Shown here: positions 8,304 to 19,613 of the stretch, piece by piece
How positions within the stretch are numbered: the stretch's first letter is position 1
Layout: each line of letters starts with the position of its first letter
Made by a program: the position numbers and the translations under genes
Notes under the pieces: model-generated
Told to the model about the DNA's origin: nothing
What the model saw: the letters and a program-made list of their open reading frames with translations, nothing else
Databases searched by the model: none
Source: an uncultured Candidatus Saccharibacteria bacterium
Lineage (GTDB): Bacteria > Patescibacteriota > Minisyncoccia > Phycocordibacterales > VMEP01
Assembly (NCBI GenBank): GCA_964579635.1
Contig: CAZOFV010000002.1
Coordinates: 1,371-65,370, forward strand
Reading direction: 5' to 3'
DNA: 64,000 bases

Positions 8304-10016
8304 TTACTGCCGACTATTTTTTAAATTATTTATATTTTTTGAAATTTCCTGACATTCTTTAAATAATTCCCCCGCTTTTTCAACATCCCCACTGTCTTCC
8401 TTTTCTTTTAATTTTCTCATCCTATCTTTAAATTTTTCTTCCAGACAATCTAATTCTAAGTTTGTGAAAAGTTCATCTATTTCCCTATTTAATTTTTTCT
8501 CATCATTATAATTATTTTCAAAAACCAAAATCATCTTTTCCTTCTCCTCCGGAGGAACAAGATCTATTTCCATCAAATCATAGTTGCGAGCAAGAATGTC
8601 ATATCGTTCCCTTAATTTTTTAGGGTCGATTATTGGATTTTTCACCCCTTCTTGCCACGACGTAATGCCGGCTATGGTAGCACGAATTTTATTAAGGCGC
8701 GATATATTTGGCTTTTCAACTCCTTTTGTTAAGTCTTCAATAGCTGGTGTATTTGGCAATTTTTTGACTTCTTCCCAAACGTGCTCTTCTGCAACCTTTA
8801 GTTCGTTTGCGACTTTACCAACAAAATGAGCTTGGTCGATTTTATTTGATATCTCAGCAATGTATGGAATAACTTTTTTTCCAACCTCTCTTCTAAAGGC
8901 CGGTTCATCTAATTTTTTTTCACGAATAGAAGTTAAAACGAAATCAACAATATGATGAGCTTCGCTAACAACCTTATTCCATCCATCTTTATCTTTCGCA
9001 ATCAAATCAGCCGGATCAACATCTTTTGGCAATCGTGCTACTTTCACATCAATCCCGAGTGATATCGCAAGACGAAAAGCTCGCTCAGAAGCATTTAATC
9101 CAGCATCATCACCATCAAGCGCAACAATTAAACTGTCGGAAAATCGCTTCATCATTTGAAGATGGTCAGCGGTGAGCGCGGTGCCGGAAAGAGCAACGGT
9201 ATTAAATGTTCCAGCCTGATGAGCCATCAATAAGTCCATCTGGCCTTCAACCAAAATAACAGTATTGCTTTGAAGCATAGCCCTTTTCGCTTTGTCATAT
9301 CCATAAAGAACACTTGATTTGTGATAAAGCGGAGTCTCTGGTGTATTAACATATTTCGCAGCCTCTCCTTTACTTGGTGCGTCAAAAATTCTTCCAGAAA
9401 AACCAACTATACGACCAATCGTATTTGAAAGTGGAAACATAATTCTTCCACGAAAACGATCGTAGTAGCCACGATTACCCATTATTGAGAGCCCCGCTTT
9501 TTCAATTTCTTCGTCGGTAAAGCCCTTACTTTTTAAAACGTCGTACAATGTTGACCAATTTGTATCTGCGTAACCTAACCGCCAATCGGCGATTGTTCCA
9601 ACATTAAGTCCACGTTTTGTAAGATATTCTTTTGCGCTTGGATTAGCACCTAAACTATTCTCGAAAAATCGCGTTGCTTCTTCAAGCACGCTATATAATC
9701 TTTCGTATTCACTTTTAAGTTTTGGATCAACAGCGCGTAACTCTACACCAGCCTTATCGGCTAAAGTTTTAAGTGCCGAAGCGAAATCAACCCCCTCGAT
9801 TTCTTCTACGAAACTGAAAATATCTCCCCCTCGATTACAACCAAAACAATGATATGTGCCACGCGCAGGTGAGATAAAGAAAGATGGTGTACGTTCATTG
9901 TGAAATGGACATCGCGCTTTGTAATTACTCCCGGCTTTCTCGAGTTTTATATACGACAAAGCAACATCAGTAATTGAGAGTCTTTCTTTTATTTGTTCAA
10001 CTGGTGTTGTGGACAT
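8304..10016 (-). CDS. dnaG: DNA primase DnaG
   Basis: CHC2 zinc finger (CPFHNERTPSF...CFGC), TOPRIM domain (EGQMD, DGDDAG). Confidence 0.9.
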   Translation of the reverse strand: MSTTPVEQIKERLSITDVALSYIKLEKAGSNYKARCPFHNERTPSFFISPARGTYHCFGCNRGGDIFSFVEEIEGVDFASALKTLADKAGVELRAVDPKLKSEYERLYSVLEEATRFFENSLGANPSAKEYLTKRGLNVGTIADWRLGYADTNWSTLYDVLKSKGFTDEEIEKAGLSIMGNRGYYDRFRGRIMFPLSNTIGRIVGFSGRIFDAPSKGEAAKYVNTPETPLYHKSSVLYGYDKAKRAMLQSNTVILVEGQMDLLMAHQAGTFNTVALSGTALTADHLQMMKRFSDSLIVALDGDDAGLNASERAFRLAISLGIDVKVARLPKDVDPADLIAKDKDGWNKVVSEAHHIVDFVLTSIREKKLDEPAFRREVGKKVIPYIAEISNKIDQAHFVGKVANELKVAEEHVWEEVKKLPNTPAIEDLTKGVEKPNISRLNKIRATIAGITSWQEGVKNPIIDPKKLRERYDILARNYDLMEIDLVPPEEKEKMILVFENNYNDEKKLNREIDELFTNLELDCLEEKFKDRMRKLKEKEDSGDVEKAGELFKECQEISKNINNLKNSRQ

Positions 10017-10120
10017 AGATAATAAGTTAAAAGTTTATACAGTTTGTAAAGTTGAAAGTAACACCGTGTGTATTAACTTTATAGACTTTTTACTTTATAA
10101 ACTTTACGAACTTACGCACC

Positions 10121-13100
10121 TTACTCCTCACTCTCCTCTTCTTCAACTTCTACTTTGTCTTTTGCCTTAAAGCCTGTTCCAGCTGGAATCAATCGTCCAA
10201 CAATTACGTTCTCTTTCAAACCACGAAGATCGTCAACCTTACCGCGAACTGCCGAATTAATAAGAACACGAGTGACGTTCTGGAATGATGCTGATGAAAG
10301 CCAGCTCTTTGTTGAAAGAGCAACTTCTGTAATACCGAGGATAACAGATTCGCCTTCAGCGACATCGCCACCAGCTTCTTTAGTTCTTGCGTTTTCAAGA
10401 GCAAATTCCATATTTTCAACAAGCTCACCAACAGTAAATGACGTGTCGGCGCTTTCTTTAATTCGTTTTCGAGAAAACATCTGGCGGATAATAATTTCTA
10501 TGTGCTTACGAGAAATAGATGCTCCTTGTAATTCGTAGATATTATTTATCTCCTTAATGACATATTCTTCAGCAGCTTCTCGTCCACCGTATTTATAGAG
10601 TTCTGCCAAATCTGCCGAACCGTCAGTGATAATGTCTCCTTTCTTTATTTTACTACCAACCTTAACCAAAGGACTTCGTCTGAAAGGTGCAACAAATTCA
10701 ACTTCGCCAACCTTTCCTTTTTTAACATCGTCTTCATCAAGTAGAACCTTGATTACTTTTTCACGTCCAACATCGTTTATTTCAATTACTTCTCCATTAA
10801 CACTTGAAACGATTGCTGGGTTCTTAGGAATTCGACGTTCGAAAATTTCTTCAACACGAGGAAGACCCATCGTAATATCGACTCCAGCAACACCTCCAGC
10901 GTGGAACGTACGCATTGTTAGCTGTGTACCAGGCTCACCAATAGCTTGGGCGGCGATAATACCAACAGCTTCACCTTTTTCAACCATTCTGTTTCTTGCG
11001 AGGTCTAATCCGTAACACATGCGACAAATACCATGAAGTGTCTTACAGGTAAGAGGTGTCCTAACAAAAACTTCTGTTATACCAGCGGCTTCGATTTTCA
11101 AAGCATCGCTCTTTAAAATCAAATGACCCTTCTTGTATAAGACTTCACCCTTCTCATCTTTAATTTCAGTTGCCAAAATACGTCCACGAATACTCTTAGA
11201 GATTGGAACTTCAATTCCAGAAAGAGTTTCTTTGGTGATTCTCTTTGTTTCTTTTGTACCACAATCGTCTTCTGTAATAACAGAGTCTTGCGCAACGTCA
11301 ACAAGCTTTCTTGTTAAGTATCCTGCCTTTGCAGTGTTAAGAGCGGTGTCGGCCAAACCTTTACGTGCACCGTGAGTAGTCGTGAAGTATTCAATAGGTG
11401 AAAGACCTTCTTTGTATGACGGGATAATTGGGAAGTCGATTGTTCGTCCAGCAGTGTTGATAATAAGACCTTTCATTCCAGACATCTGACTAAGCTGGGT
11501 CAAAGAACCTCTAGCACCTGAAGTCACCAAATCGTGAGCTGAACCGTTTCTGTCGAGAGTCTCAGGAACAAGTTTATCGAGTTCACCTTTAACACCCTGC
11601 CAAATTTCAATTGTCTTCCTGTATCTTTCTTCTTCAGCAAGCAAACCTTCGTTGAACTGACTTAAGACATCTTCAACTTTCTTTCTTCCTATATCAACAA
11701 TTTCTTTCTTTCTTGGGTGAACCTTAACGTCATCCATTCCCCATGTAGTTCCAGAAACTGTAGCGTACTTGTATCCGAATGTTTTAATCTTATCCAAAAT
11801 TGCTGGTGTTTTTTCTATACCGTATCGAGCAATCAATTCATCAACCAATGCTGCGAGTTTCTTAATGTTTATTTCCTCGTTTATATAAGGAAGATCTTTA
11901 GGCAAAATTGAGTTAAAAAGAAGACGACCGACAGATGTTTCAAAAAGTTTACCCTCAAACTGTGCATACTTTGGACTATCTGTTGGTAAAACCTTAATCT
12001 TTGAACGGAAGGCTACGATATCAAAATCGTATGACATGATTGCATTGTTTGGAGTTGGGAAAGCCTTTCCTTCACCTTTCTCTCCATCGACAACTTTGGT
12101 CATCCAATAACAACCAAGCACGATATCAAGCTTTGGGTTAACAATTGGATCACCGTTTCCTGGCTTCAAAAGGTTTTTGTTTGCTGCCATCAAATCCCCC
12201 GCTTCCTGTTGAGCTTCTTTAGAAAGTGGAACGTGAACGGCCATCTGGTCACCGTCGAAGTCTGCGTTGAATGCTGTACAAACAAGTGGATGCACTTGAA
12301 TTGCGTTTCCTTCAATAAGGACTGGGTGAAAAGCCTGAATACCTAAGCGGTGAAGTGTAGGAGCACGGTTTAGAAGAACGTACTTTCCTTTAATTACCTC
12401 TTCAAGAATTGCCCAAACCTCTGGCACTCCTTCGTCTATTAAACGGCCAGCTCCACGAATGTTGTAGGCAAGCTCTCGTTCAAGAATTTTAGAAATCACG
12501 AATGGACGGAATAATTCAAGCGCCATGTGTTTTGGCAAACCACACTGATCAAGTTTCAATTGTGGACCAACGACGATAACAGAACGTCCTGAATAATCTA
12601 CACGCTTACCCAAAAGGTTTTGACGGAAGAGACCCTGCTTTCCTTTTAGATTGTCTGAAAGTGATTTAAGTGAACGACGTTGAGATTGATTCATTGCCAT
12701 CGCTTCTGATTGTCGACGAATAGAGTTATCGATAAGTGAATCAACAGCTTCCTGCAAAATACGTTTTTCGTTACGCAAAATAACATCTGGTGCGCCAATT
12801 TCAATAAGCTTTCGCAAACGATTGTTTCGGTTGATAACACGACGGTAAAGATCGTTAACATCAGATGTTGCATGTCGTCCTCCTTCAAGAGCAACCATTG
12901 GACGTAGTGCTGGTGGAATAACTGGAATCACTGTTAAGAACATCCAGTCAGGGCGAACGTTTGAATTAATCATTGCACGAATAAGAGAAAGTCTCTTTTC
13001 GGTTTTTTCTCTTTCAATTGCTGTTGTTTTCTTTGTATTATTCGTGAGTTCGTTTTCAAGCTTCTTCAAATCTAGGTTTTTGAATAGATTAAAGATTGCC

Positions 13101-13747
13101 TCTGCTCCGATTGTTGCCTCAAAGACTGAACCGTATTTCAAGGCGTAGCGGTGATAAGTCGCCTCATCAACAACTTTTCCTACAACAATTTCATTAACTT
13201 CTTTCTTTGCAGTAGAAAGCATCTCTTTGATTTTCTCGCGAGAAGCTTCGTCTGTCATTGATTTAACTTTTGCTTTATATTCTGATTCTAGGTTTTTGAT
13301 AACCTTATCTTTTTCTTCGTCGTTAACCTTAGTGATGATGTAACCAGCAAAATAAATAACCTTTTCAAGATCAGTAACTGGCACGTTCATCAAAAGACTC
13401 ATTCTTGATGGCACACCGCGCAAAAACCAAATATGAGCAACAGGACTTGCGAGCTCGATATGCCCCATTCTTTCACGTCGAACAATAGAGCGAGTAACCT
13501 CAACTCCACATTTCTCACAGACAATATCCTTATAACGAATACGTCGATATTTTCCACAGTAACACTCGAAGTCTTTTTCTGGTCCGAATATACGTTCATC
13601 AAAAAGACCACCGCGCTCAGAACGACCGGTTCTGTAGTTGATTGTTTCCGGTTTCGTTACCTCGCCATATGACCATTCTCTTATTTTGTCCGGAGACGAA
13701 ACTGAGAGAGAAATCGCATCGAAATCTGTTGTATCAAATGTTTTCAT
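10121..13747 (-). CDS. rpoC: DNA-directed RNA polymerase beta' subunit
   Basis: 1208 aa, NADFDGD catalytic motif, zinc-binding Cys clusters. Confidence 0.95.
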   Translation of the reverse strand: MKTFDTTDFDAISLSVSSPDKIREWSYGEVTKPETINYRTGRSERGGLFDERIFGPEKDFECYCGKYRRIRYKDIVCEKCGVEVTRSIVRRERMGHIELASPVAHIWFLRGVPSRMSLLMNVPVTDLEKVIYFAGYIITKVNDEEKDKVIKNLESEYKAKVKSMTDEASREKIKEMLSTAKKEVNEIVVGKVVDEATYHRYALKYGSVFEATIGAEAIFNLFKNLDLKKLENELTNNTKKTTAIEREKTEKRLSLIRAMINSNVRPDWMFLTVIPVIPPALRPMVALEGGRHATSDVNDLYRRVINRNNRLRKLIEIGAPDVILRNEKRILQEAVDSLIDNSIRRQSEAMAMNQSQRRSLKSLSDNLKGKQGLFRQNLLGKRVDYSGRSVIVVGPQLKLDQCGLPKHMALELFRPFVISKILERELAYNIRGAGRLIDEGVPEVWAILEEVIKGKYVLLNRAPTLHRLGIQAFHPVLIEGNAIQVHPLVCTAFNADFDGDQMAVHVPLSKEAQQEAGDLMAANKNLLKPGNGDPIVNPKLDIVLGCYWMTKVVDGEKGEGKAFPTPNNAIMSYDFDIVAFRSKIKVLPTDSPKYAQFEGKLFETSVGRLLFNSILPKDLPYINEEINIKKLAALVDELIARYGIEKTPAILDKIKTFGYKYATVSGTTWGMDDVKVHPRKKEIVDIGRKKVEDVLSQFNEGLLAEEERYRKTIEIWQGVKGELDKLVPETLDRNGSAHDLVTSGARGSLTQLSQMSGMKGLIINTAGRTIDFPIIPSYKEGLSPIEYFTTTHGARKGLADTALNTAKAGYLTRKLVDVAQDSVITEDDCGTKETKRITKETLSGIEVPISKSIRGRILATEIKDEKGEVLYKKGHLILKSDALKIEAAGITEVFVRTPLTCKTLHGICRMCYGLDLARNRMVEKGEAVGIIAAQAIGEPGTQLTMRTFHAGGVAGVDITMGLPRVEEIFERRIPKNPAIVSSVNGEVIEINDVGREKVIKVLLDEDDVKKGKVGEVEFVAPFRRSPLVKVGSKIKKGDIITDGSADLAELYKYGGREAAEEYVIKEINNIYELQGASISRKHIEIIIRQMFSRKRIKESADTSFTVGELVENMEFALENARTKEAGGDVAEGESVILGITEVALSTKSWLSSASFQNVTRVLINSAVRGKVDDLRGLKENVIVGRLIPAGTGFKAKDKVEVEEEESEE

Positions 13748-13760
13748 ATGTTTATTTTAA

Positions 13761-16700
13761 TTAATTACGGCGTCTTTTTTTAAGTTCAACATCAAGGGCC
13801 AATCCACGTAGGTAATTCAACATAACCGTAAAGGAAGCTGGAGCGTTTGGCGCCTTAACATCCTCGCCCTTGATAATAGAATCGAACGTCTGTGAACGAC
13901 CGACGATATCGTCTGATTTAACTGTAAGCATTTCACGAAGTGTGTGTGATGCTCCGTATCCTTCAAGTGCCCACACTTCCATTTCACCAAAACGCTGACC
14001 TCCACCTTGAGCTTTACCTCCCAATGGCTGTTGGGTAATGAGCGAGTACGGTCCGATGGAGCGCATGTGAATCTTATCTTCCACCATGTGGTGAAGCTTC
14101 ATGATATACATGTATCCGAGTGCGATTTCCTGATCAAACGAATCACCTGTGCGACCATCATAAAGTTTAACTTTACCAGTCTCTGAAAAACCAGCTTTCT
14201 TAAGTTCGTCACGAATTTCCTGGTCTGTTGCACCTTGGAAAGGAGGAACTATTGCCTGATAATTTAGTGTGTTTGCTGCAAGACCCATGTGAAGTTCCAA
14301 AATCTGACCTAGGTTCATACGAGAAGGAACTCCAAGTGGTGTCAAAATAACATCAATAGGTGTGCCGTCTTCCATGTATGGCATATCCTGCTCTGGCAAG
14401 ATAAGAGAAATAACACCTTTGTTTCCGTGGCGACCTGCTAGTTTATCTCCAACAGAGATGTTTCTAAGCTGTGCGACTTCAATGTGAATTCTTTTAATGA
14501 TTCCACTATCAAGTGAATCACCACTATCACGAGAGAAAACCTTTACACCAACAATACGTCCACGCTTGCCGTGTTCCATACGAAGTGAAGTGTCTTTAAC
14601 ATCACGTGCTTTTTCACCGAAGATAGAACGCAAAAGTCTTTCTTCTGGAGTAAGTTCTGATTCACCTTTTGGAGTAATCTTTCCAACCAAAATATCGTTA
14701 GGGCGAACTTCTGCACCAATACGGATAATTCCATCAATATCAAGATCTTTCAATTTTGCTTCACCAACGTTTGGAATATCACAAGTTGTGACCTCGGGCC
14801 CAAGCTTTGTATCACGAACATTCACAACGAACTCTTCAATGTGGATACTTGTGAACTTGCTGTCTTTGACCAATCTTTCTGAAAGGATAATAGCGTCTTC
14901 GTAGTTCGAACCGTCCCAAACCATAAAGCCAACCAAGACGTTTTGACCTAGTGCTACTTGTCCATGATCAGACGATGATGTGTCAGCCAATATTTCACCC
15001 TTCTTAACACGCTGTCCAACTGAGACTACTGGACGCTGATGGAAAACGCTAAAGTCGTTTGTTCTTGAGTAGTTAACTAAAGTATATTCTTTTTCTTTTC
15101 CAGATTTTGTTCCATCTACTTTAACCTTCTTTGCATCAACATAAGTAACAGTTCCCTCTTCTTCTGCAAGAACTAAACGACCTGTGTAATAAGCAACGGA
15201 GTGTTCCATACCTGTAGCAACAAGTGGAGCTTCTGGGATAATACAAGGTGTTGCCTGCTTCTGCATGTTAGAACCCATGAGTGCACGACCGGCGTCATCG
15301 TGTTCCAAGAAAGGAATAAGTGAAGTTGCAACAGAGAAAGGTTGTGTTGTTGAAACGTCGATATAATCAACGTCGTTTTTATCAACCATACCAGGTTCTG
15401 TTTTAATACGAGCTTCTACTTTCTTTTCTGTAATGTTCCCGTCAGCGTCATAATGAATACCAGCATGAGCAATAACACTTCCTTCTTCTTCAAGAGCGTT
15501 TAGGTAAACAATTTCTTTTGTAATCTTTCCGTTCTTAACCTTAACGTAAGGAGTTTCAATAATGCCGAAATTATTAATTCGAGCGTGTGTCGACAACTGC
15601 AAAATAAGACCGATGTTTTGGCCTTCTGGTGTATGGATAGGACAAACACGACCGTAGTGGGAAGTGTGCACGTCACGAACTTCAAGACCAGCTCTTTCAC
15701 GAGTAAGACCTCCTGGCCCAAGTGCTGAAAGTCTTCGTAAGTGTTCTATTTCATCCAAAACGTTACCCTGACTCATGAATTGAGAAAGTTGGTTTGTGGT
15801 GAAGAATTCTTTTATACGAGCTTGCAGTGGACGTTGATTAACTATCTGAATTGGAAGAGTTGTCTCGGCATCAATAGTAGACATTCTGTCTTGGATATTT
15901 CTCTTCATTTGAGCCATACCAACACGAATCTTTGCTTGAAGCATTTCTCCAACATATCGAACACGTCTTAATCCTAAGTGATCAATATCGTCAGCTTCAG
16001 ATCCTGGAGTGTTATTTAAGTTAGTGATGTGTTCAACAATAAGAACAACATCTTCAAGTGAAAGTGTGCGACGAGCAAGCGCAACTTCTTTCATGTCCAA
16101 ATCAAATCTCTGGTTAAAACGAAAACGTCCAACAGGAGAAAGATCATATCTCTCTTCGCTAAAAATTGACGAGATAAATTCACGAGCATTATCTGCTGTT
16201 GCAAGATCGCCATCACGAAGACGTTTATAAATTTCTATGTATGAATCATCAAGGGTTTTAGCTGGGTCCTTCTCAAGAAGAGCTGTAACCATTTCCTGCA
16301 TTTCTTTACTAAACTTATTTATGATCTCTTTGTCGCTCTTTGTTCCAAAAACACGTAGTAATGATGCAACTGGGAACTTCCTCTTTCTGTCGATACGAAC
16401 AAAGATACCTTCAGCATCAGATTCTATTTCAATCCAAACACCACGTGATGGGATTATTTTTGCACCAAAAAAACGCTTGCCTTTAATATCTTGGTCGTTA
16501 AAGAAAACGCCGAAGCTTCTAGCAAGCTGAGGAACAATAACACGCTCGACACCGTTAATGATGAAGGTGCCGTGAGAAGTCATAAGAGGAAAATCTGCCA
16601 TGAAGATTTCCTGCTCTTTAACAGTGTTAAAAGTCTTGTTCTTTAGTTTGATTGTTGCACGAAGAGGAGCTTCGTAAGAAAGCTTATTTGCCTTAGCAAA

Positions 16701-16979
16701 ATATTCATTATGTTTTGGCTCACTTAAGAAAAAAGAAGTGAACTCAAGATCAAACTTTTTATCAGAATAATCTTTTATTGGAGAGAATTCCTTAAATATT
16801 TCTTTTAGACCTTTTTCTAAAAGCCATTTATACGATGCGACCTGATTTTCAATCAAGTCTGGCATTTCAGCCAATGGTTTTTTCCATGCGGAAAAATGTT
16901 TCTGCTCACGACCGGCACCACTCAATCTTCCCGAAGACCTAGGAAGAATTGCATCCTGGACACGCAATTGTTTTGCCAT
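13761..16979 (-). CDS. rpoB: DNA-directed RNA polymerase beta subunit
   Basis: 1072 aa with conserved beta-subunit blocks. Immediately upstream of rpoC. Confidence 0.95.
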   Translation of the reverse strand: MAKQLRVQDAILPRSSGRLSGAGREQKHFSAWKKPLAEMPDLIENQVASYKWLLEKGLKEIFKEFSPIKDYSDKKFDLEFTSFFLSEPKHNEYFAKANKLSYEAPLRATIKLKNKTFNTVKEQEIFMADFPLMTSHGTFIINGVERVIVPQLARSFGVFFNDQDIKGKRFFGAKIIPSRGVWIEIESDAEGIFVRIDRKRKFPVASLLRVFGTKSDKEIINKFSKEMQEMVTALLEKDPAKTLDDSYIEIYKRLRDGDLATADNAREFISSIFSEERYDLSPVGRFRFNQRFDLDMKEVALARRTLSLEDVVLIVEHITNLNNTPGSEADDIDHLGLRRVRYVGEMLQAKIRVGMAQMKRNIQDRMSTIDAETTLPIQIVNQRPLQARIKEFFTTNQLSQFMSQGNVLDEIEHLRRLSALGPGGLTRERAGLEVRDVHTSHYGRVCPIHTPEGQNIGLILQLSTHARINNFGIIETPYVKVKNGKITKEIVYLNALEEEGSVIAHAGIHYDADGNITEKKVEARIKTEPGMVDKNDVDYIDVSTTQPFSVATSLIPFLEHDDAGRALMGSNMQKQATPCIIPEAPLVATGMEHSVAYYTGRLVLAEEEGTVTYVDAKKVKVDGTKSGKEKEYTLVNYSRTNDFSVFHQRPVVSVGQRVKKGEILADTSSSDHGQVALGQNVLVGFMVWDGSNYEDAIILSERLVKDSKFTSIHIEEFVVNVRDTKLGPEVTTCDIPNVGEAKLKDLDIDGIIRIGAEVRPNDILVGKITPKGESELTPEERLLRSIFGEKARDVKDTSLRMEHGKRGRIVGVKVFSRDSGDSLDSGIIKRIHIEVAQLRNISVGDKLAGRHGNKGVISLILPEQDMPYMEDGTPIDVILTPLGVPSRMNLGQILELHMGLAANTLNYQAIVPPFQGATDQEIRDELKKAGFSETGKVKLYDGRTGDSFDQEIALGYMYIMKLHHMVEDKIHMRSIGPYSLITQQPLGGKAQGGGQRFGEMEVWALEGYGASHTLREMLTVKSDDIVGRSQTFDSIIKGEDVKAPNAPASFTVMLNYLRGLALDVELKKRRRN

Positions 16980-17253
16980 ATTATTTTTTATCTCGTAAAG
17001 CGACCAACACTCTCATTACAGCGTAGGTCACTGCGCGAAACGGTTACGCAAAAAGAAAATGAAAGCAAGGAAAATCCCGCCCCTTTTCTAGGACACCTGA
17101 TAATTTTCTTCAATTTTCATCGAGAAGAGATTCCCGAATCTTCGCACTCCCAGGGGCGTAACTCAATCAAAAACTGGTTAAAGACAGTATACCTGAAGCA
17201 AAAACACTGTCAAACTTTTCTAATTTACAAAGAGCCACCGCCTTTTAGGGGTT

Positions 17254-17886
17254 TTATTCCCCTTTCTTCCATTTCTCAATATTAGCTTGATGACCTGAAA
17301 GCAAGACTTTTGGCACTTTATAATTTTTCCCTTTATATTTTAAAATTTCTGGACGAGTATAAACTTCGCTTGATGAAATTCTATTCTCTTCAACAGAATC
17401 GAAAGTGTTGAGCACTCCTTTGATCTGACGAGAAACAGTGTCTATCAAAACCATCGCTGGCAATTCTCCGCCAGTGAGAACGTAATCCCCAATTGAAACT
17501 TCTTCTGCTTTTAGAATTTTTTTCACACGGCCATCAATTCCTTCATATCGTCCTGACACTAAAATTATTTCTTTATTTTTTTTCAAAAGATTTCGAGCGT
17601 ATTCATTGGTCAATTTTTTACCAGCTGGTGAAAAAATAATCACCTTAGTTTTTTTCTTCCCACGAGCTTTGCCAATAGCGGTCAAAATAGGTTGCGCTTC
17701 CATGACCATTCCAGGACCACCACCATATGGTCGCCCATCTACTCTCCCCCATTTATTCTCCGTGTAATCACGAGGGTTATAAAACTTAACCGATATTTTC
17801 TTATCTGTTATGGCGCGCCCAATAATCGACTCTTTTAAATACGAGTCGAACATGCTTGGGAAAAGTGTTATTACTTGAAATTTCAT
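17254..17886 (-). CDS. trmD: tRNA (guanine37-N1)-methyltransferase TrmD
   Basis: SPOUT/TrmD conservation (ITLFP, GRYEGID). Confidence 0.9.
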   Translation of the reverse strand: MKFQVITLFPSMFDSYLKESIIGRAITDKKISVKFYNPRDYTENKWGRVDGRPYGGGPGMVMEAQPILTAIGKARGKKKTKVIIFSPAGKKLTNEYARNLLKKNKEIILVSGRYEGIDGRVKKILKAEEVSIGDYVLTGGELPAMVLIDTVSRQIKGVLNTFDSVEENRISSSEVYTRPEILKYKGKNYKVPKVLLSGHQANIEKWKKGE

Positions 17887-17910
17887 ATGCTTGTTCTATC
17901 ACGATAACAT

Positions 17911-17945
17911 AAAAGAAAAAAGCCCCGCGTTCGCAGGACTTTTGT
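17911..17945 (-). terminator. Rho-independent terminator downstream of the GC-rich orphan at 17953-18180
   Basis: On the minus strand, a CCTGCG-aa-CGCGGG hairpin followed by TTTTTTCTTTT. Confidence 0.5.
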
Positions 17946-17952
17946 CGCATGA

Positions 17953-18180
17953 CTAGTCATCTGGGGAGACAACACATCCATGGGCCGAATGCCTGCCCAG
18001 TGGGTGCTTCTCTACCAATTCGCCGAGGGTTTCGAAATAATCTTTTGACACTTGCGAATTTTCCGTCCTCTTTGCAAGAGGCTTGATTTCTCCATCTTCC
18101 TCGATACTTCTAAGCGGATCATCATGCTTGCGCCCCGGGGTTGCTTCGTAAATATCGGCCATCAAGGTCATTCGCGCCAT
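17953..18180 (-). CDS. GC-rich orphan small protein (75 aa) sitting where rimM usually lies
   Basis: SD AAAAGGAGAAAA before the ATG (18180). GC-rich. Flanked by hairpin terminators. No recognisable domain. Confidence 0.5.
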   Translation of the reverse strand: MARMTLMADIYEATPGRKHDDPLRSIEEDGEIKPLAKRTENSQVSKDYFETLGELVEKHPLGRHSAHGCVVSPDD

Positions 18181-18225
18181 CACGTTTTCTCCTTTTCGTT
18201 GATCTAAACTATTAACATCATAAAC

Positions 18226-18257
18226 AAAAACCGCCCTATATCAAGGGCGTTTTTTGT
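18226..18257. terminator. Bidirectional terminator after the KH-domain gene
   Basis: AAAAACCGCCCT-atatcaa-GGGCGTTTTTTG. Confidence 0.6.
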
Positions 18258-18275
18258 TTCTTCCTAATCTCCTAA

Positions 18276-18605
18276 TTACAAATCTTTAATGTCCTCCATC
18301 ACCGACTCAACAGTATTTAGAGTAACCCCGCTGTCGTATGGTCTTGGCGCTCCGCCTGCAGGTTCGTTTATCTTCAAATTAACACGTGCGTTATTTTTCA
18401 TTCCAACAACACGAAGAAGTGTTCTTATTGCCTTTGCGGTATTTCCTTTGCGACCGATAATTTTACCCATATCTGCTGGATTCAAATCAAGAGTCAAAAG
18501 CACACCCATCTGATCAATCACTCTTCCTATCTTCACATCGTCTGGAAAATCAACCAACGCTTTTACAACATATTCTAAAAATTCCTTATCTTTCTCCATA
18601 TTCAT
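18276..18605 (-). CDS. KH-domain RNA-binding protein (YlqC/UPF0109-like)
   Basis: GxxG KH loop (IGRKGNTAKAIR). Canonical position between rpsP and trmD. Confidence 0.8.
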   Translation of the reverse strand: MNMEKDKEFLEYVVKALVDFPDDVKIGRVIDQMGVLLTLDLNPADMGKIIGRKGNTAKAIRTLLRVVGMKNNARVNLKINEPAGGAPRPYDSGVTLNTVESVMEDIKDL

Positions 18606-18707
18606 TTCAGTAAATTATTTTTAAAAAGTAGTTCAATTAAAATGCTCTACTAAATCAATTGTAAAACTTAGATTGTCTTGGGTCAATGAACATTGTTTAA
18701 ACAAGTC

Positions 18708-18752
18708 ACAATAAAAAAGACCCTGCATCTCTGTATAAGCAGATGCAGGGTC
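18708..18752 (-). terminator. Rho-independent terminator of the 190-aa GC-rich orphan
   Basis: GACCCTGCATCT...AGATGCAGGGTC hairpin with a T-run on the minus strand. Confidence 0.55.
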
Positions 18753-18792
18753 CGTCTCCTGCCTGAAATTCTAAACTCTCAAGACCCGAGTG

Positions 18793-19365
18793 CTAATTTG
18801 CGCGCAACGCAGCAGGATCATTGTCGTCCCAGAAGTCGAGACCGAGCCAGTCGCTGAACCAGTACCACCTGCTGCCACTCCGGCCGAGGTAACGAACGTA
18901 CAGACTATCACCGGGGTGGCGGTAGATCGTGCCCCAGAAGAACACATACTTGCCTTTCCATTCCTCGGGAATGAGGTGCGGATGAGCGAGCAGGTAGTCA
19001 AGGATATTCGCGTTTAAGACAGGCTTGCTGACGAGTTCCTTACGGAGCTTGTTGCCTTCCATCATTTTGCCGTTCTGCTGTCCTTCGGCAAGAAAAAGTT
19101 CGATCTGTGAGGCATCAAACTTGAACTGTCCGCCCTTCTGATGCTCTTCGACTTTCCAGCCATCAGGAACGAAAGGGGCAGCATCGCAGTCGATGGTGTG
19201 TTCTACCTGCGTGATAGTGGCGTAGCCGAGCCGCACTTGTCGCACCCTGGCGAGATTACCCCCAGTTGCAAGCCAGTCGAGATCGGCGACATCGGGAATG
19301 CCGTTGCGAAGAAGAGCTTGTTTGATTTTGTAGGCAAGTCCAACATCGAGTGTGATATCACTCAT
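18793..19365 (-). CDS. GC-rich orphan protein (190 aa from the ATG at 19365; the ORF track starts at an upstream TTG)
   Basis: SD AAAGGAG lies 6 nt before the ATG. About 55% GC. W-rich C-terminus (SRWYWFSDWLGLDFWDD). Inserted between rpsP and the KH gene. No recognisable domain. Confidence 0.55.
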   Translation of the reverse strand: MSDITLDVGLAYKIKQALLRNGIPDVADLDWLATGGNLARVRQVRLGYATITQVEHTIDCDAAPFVPDGWKVEEHQKGGQFKFDASQIELFLAEGQQNGKMMEGNKLRKELVSKPVLNANILDYLLAHPHLIPEEWKGKYVFFWGTIYRHPGDSLYVRYLGRSGSRWYWFSDWLGLDFWDDNDPAALRAN

Positions 19366-19430
19366 TAGAGTCTCCTTTGCGACATCGAGTCTGTGAGTAG
19401 ACAAATAGTCGCTTTAATGCCAGCGGGCTT

Positions 19431-19500
19431 TCTTCGGTGCGAAGGTTTGCCATAGCAGAGAATGGCCTAGTGGTTAAAGCCGCTTTCTGCTATGGCAAAC
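19431..19500 (-). promoter_or_regulatory. Structured 5' leader or operator of the 190-aa orphan
   Basis: A perfect 15-bp inverted repeat, GTTTGCCATAGCAGA (19445-19459) and TCTGCTATGGCAAAC (19486-19500), separated by 26 nt. An adjacent CTTCG-gtg-CGAAG hairpin lies 70-135 nt upstream of the start. Confidence 0.4.
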
Positions 19501-19577
19501 ATAAGCTAAGAATCAAAGAACTATATTGGTATAAAAACATGTGTTTGTAATAAAGTCAAACATACATAATATTAAAA

Positions 19578-19613
19578 ACAAAAAAGCTGTCCTTTCTAGG
19601 ACAGCTTTTTTGA
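19578..19613. terminator. Bidirectional terminator after rpsP
   Basis: AGCTGTCCT-ttct-AGGACAGCT hairpin flanked by an A-run and a T-run. Confidence 0.65.

Noticed and set aside
8291-8335. Direct repeat TTTTTTAAATTATTT (x2) between rpoD and dnaG
   Set aside because: Short, AT-rich and low-complexity in an AT-rich genome. It is probably just a promoter UP-like region.
10155-16530. Many 60-135 aa ORFs antisense to rpoB/rpoC (for example 10155-10538, 10626-11015, 14497-14904, 16237-16530) and similar ones inside smc, dnaE, pheT and the histidine kinase
   Set aside because: These are shadow ORFs on the opposite strand of long, well-supported genes. They are Ser/Thr/Pro-rich translations typical of antisense frames, with no start signals.
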